The position numbers were made by a program, and so were the translations under genes. Of a stretch of DNA of 64,000 nucleotides, positions 61,509 to 64,000 are shown piece by piece (positions within the stretch are counted from its first letter, which is position 1; each line of letters starts with the position of its first letter). The notes beneath the pieces are model-generated. The model was not told the origin of the DNA and did no database searches. It saw only the letters and a program-made list of their open reading frames with translations. The stretch covers positions 62,001 through 126,000 of the forward strand of contig FLMG01000135.1 of assembly GCA_900088475.1 (NCBI GenBank). Direction: 5' to 3'. This DNA is from Hyphochytrium catenoides. Taxonomy: Eukaryota; Protista; Hyphochytriomycota.

Positions 61509-64000
61509 ATGGGGGAGAACGGAATCCACGTGAGAAGCTTAAGCTCTAACCTCTTTGGATACATATTCTTCAGCTTTGGCCTCGAATTGGCCTCGTACTC
61601 GGCGACTTCAGTTGTCTCTGTCTTACGTTTCTATCTTGCTAGTACGCTGCCTAGTTGGGTTTGCTTTTCTAATACTATTGACGGTGTCACTTTATCCATA
61701 ACGAACGCCTTCGTCCTGCAGGTAACTCTGGGCGATAACCATCATGTTTCGGAGGAGACTGCCCGCCGTGCTGAGAGCTACAAGGAGGAAGGCAACAAGC
61801 TCCTTCAAGGTCGGTCCGACTCAAATAGCTTTGCTTCTCTTCTGCGCATTGATAATGACTCTCGACGTTCCACGTCTTTCTCCCACGACCATAATATACA
61901 CTCTCCCTCTCCTTCCTCTTGCCGATTCTTGCACTGCTTCTCCATTCATCTTCGTCTATCAGAGTTCCACCTGGCTCAGGCTATCGACAAGTACACGATG
62001 GCAATAGAGCTCCGGCCGACAGCCATCTACTACTCCAACAGAGCGATGGCCCAGATGAAAAGCGAAAACTTCGGTCTAGCCATCCTCGACGCCACCAAGG
62101 CTATTGAACTAGATCCAGAATACGTTAAAGGTGCTATGCGTCCCTTCTGCTTGGGGAGTCCATCTGTAGCGAGTTGGCTTTCAAACCTTTATAGGTGTCT
62201 TTCCCCTAATAGCATTCTGTCCCTACATCTTGTCTTGGCTCCGTCAGGTCCTATTCGTCCTTATATCCCATGTCGTTCCGAGTTCCCGTGACTCCTCAGC
62301 TATTCCTCTTGCCATTCGTGTAGGCTACTACCGACATATACCATGTCGTTTCCGGGATGGGGCTGACTCCTCAACGACTCCTGTTGCCGTCCCTGTGTAG
62401 GCTACTATCGACGAGGTGCGGCAAATCTTGCGCTCGGGCACCACAAGGCTGCGTTGAAGGACTTCAAGCAAGTTGTACGGGTAAAACCAAACGATAGGGA
62501 TGCGCGGAACAAGTTGAGAGAGTGCGAAAAAGCTGTCAAGAAGGCAGCTTTTGAGGCTGCAATCAGCTCTGAAAAGACCCGCCCAGTCTCAGAGACAGTC
62601 AACGTAGATGCGATAGAGGTGGAGGACAGCTACGACGGGCCTCATCTGCCCGATGATCCAACGCAGGCAACCCATGAATTCTGTCTGGCTCTGGTCGACC
62701 GCTTTAAAAGACAAAAGCTGTTGCACAGGAAGTAAGTATTGCCGATGATGAGCCAAAGTTTAGAAACAAGAATAGGGGACTTAGCACACGCAAGGAGGGG
62801 CTTCAAGAGTAAGAGGAATGAGTCATCTCAACGTCGGTCTCAAGGGGAGATAGGGTGTCACTTTGTATCCCGCAAGACCGTGGCTTCAGGATAAACATAC
62901 CAGCTACCGTGTGGACGATGGTCACTTTAAGGGTGGTGGTTGATTGCACTAATTCTCTGTTGATTATGTGCTAGGTATGTTATCAAGATCCTGCTGGCGA
63001 TGAAGCAATTGTTGAGTTCGGTACCCAGTCTCCTGGAACTAAAAGTGCCAAACACTAACCCCGCAGGCAAGGCTCCAGAGGTATGTGGCTTAGTAGTAGG
63101 TCGAGGGGAGCCGTCTGACTTGGGGTCAAGGCTGCTCAGCTTCCATTTCATTCATCGCTGCTTATATTGTCTGCCTTAATTGCCCTATGACAGGGGCACT
63201 TCACGGTGTGTGGAGATACTCATGGTCAATTCTATGACCTTTGCAACATATTCCACCTTAATGGCTACCCGTCTGATGATAACCCCTATCTCTTCAACGG
63301 TACGCAAGATCTCTATTTCTGGGAGCAACTTTAGACAACCAGTTCATCTTAAGGATGTTTTTTGCTTGCAGGGGACTTCGTTGACCGAGGCTCTTTTTCA
63401 GTGGAGGTTATTCTGACGCTGTTTGCCTTCAAGCTGGTCTACCCAGAGGTGAGAAGGGAGATCACGCAACAGAACTAGTGGGAGTTCCGCGAGGAATGCT
63501 AGAGGCGGAGGGCGAAGGCCGTCCGCTGATTATGAGGCGTTGATAGCTAACTGCTACTGCCTTCGCGTCCATAAGGGTCTCCATTTGCTGCGTGGAAACC
63601 ACGAGAGCAAGAACATGAACAAAATCTATGGCTTCGAGGGCGAGGTCAAACACAAGTACGATGAAGTGGTCATGCAGCTTTTCGCAGAGGTCTTTAACTG
63701 GCTACCTCTGGCGGCGACAATAAATAATAAGGTAAGCCACTGCATCGATCGCTATCTTGGAACCCAAAATTGGGAATCGCTGTCCTAGATGGGCGCCATA
63801 GCCACAGTTAAGAAAATTCCGCCGTCTCAGCCAGCGATCTAGGCTCAATATCTAATTCTCCGCACGTATATTAGTGACTGTATGCGCCAGGCCCTACGAA
63901 CCTTCTCACATCTGGTGTTCTTAGGTTTTGATAGTCCACGGAGGTCTCTTCCAGCAGGAGGGCGTCACACTCCAGGATATCAAGAACATTGACAGGAATA
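61509..64000 (+). CDS. PPP5C: Serine/threonine protein phosphatase 5 (TPR plus PPP catalytic domain), runs off the window end
   Basis: TPRs ([51 protein letters not shown]), [53 protein letters not shown]. Confidence 0.97.
62268..62412 (+). repeat. Imperfect ~77-nt tandem duplication spanning a PP5 3' splice site
   Basis: ccatgtcgtt...gactcctca...ttgcc...gtgtag|gctactaYcgac occurs twice, with AG at 62322-62323 and 62399-62400. Confidence 0.85.

Overview
Gene-dense, intron-rich eukaryotic nuclear DNA of roughly balanced GC, with short GT-AG introns that have CTAAC/CTGAC branch points and pyrimidine-rich bodies. A stramenopile-like protist is my inference, from the oomycete/fungal-type GH72, alpha-tubulin acetyltransferase and the WxxLxxxGW repeats. 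By hand-splicing I find 18 protein genes. Recognisable ones are a giant Cdc6/Orc1-type AAA+ protein, LSM3, dynamitin (DCTN2), BUB3, an acetyl-CoA transporter, Pho88/SND3, an ARM/HEAT protein, PPCS, ATAT1, a GPI-anchored GH72, an ERGIC/Erv41-46 protein, ubinuclein/Hpc2, a DUF5690-like MFS protein, ESF1 and PP5 (cut off by the window end); an RS-rich protein and three orphans make up the rest. I saw no rRNA, tRNA, CRISPR or transposase. The standout is the gene at 697-6916. The ORF track shows it as unrelated pieces, but it splices in frame into one protein: a PWWP-like domain, six copies of an MBD-like ~50-aa WxxLxxxGW...Y-x-RP...G-x-D-x-F...EV..YL module, a Cdc6/Orc1 ATPase and a winged helix. 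This suggests a chromatin/DNA-reading origin-licensing factor. All exon boundaries are manual predictions, and family names come from motif recognition, not database searches.
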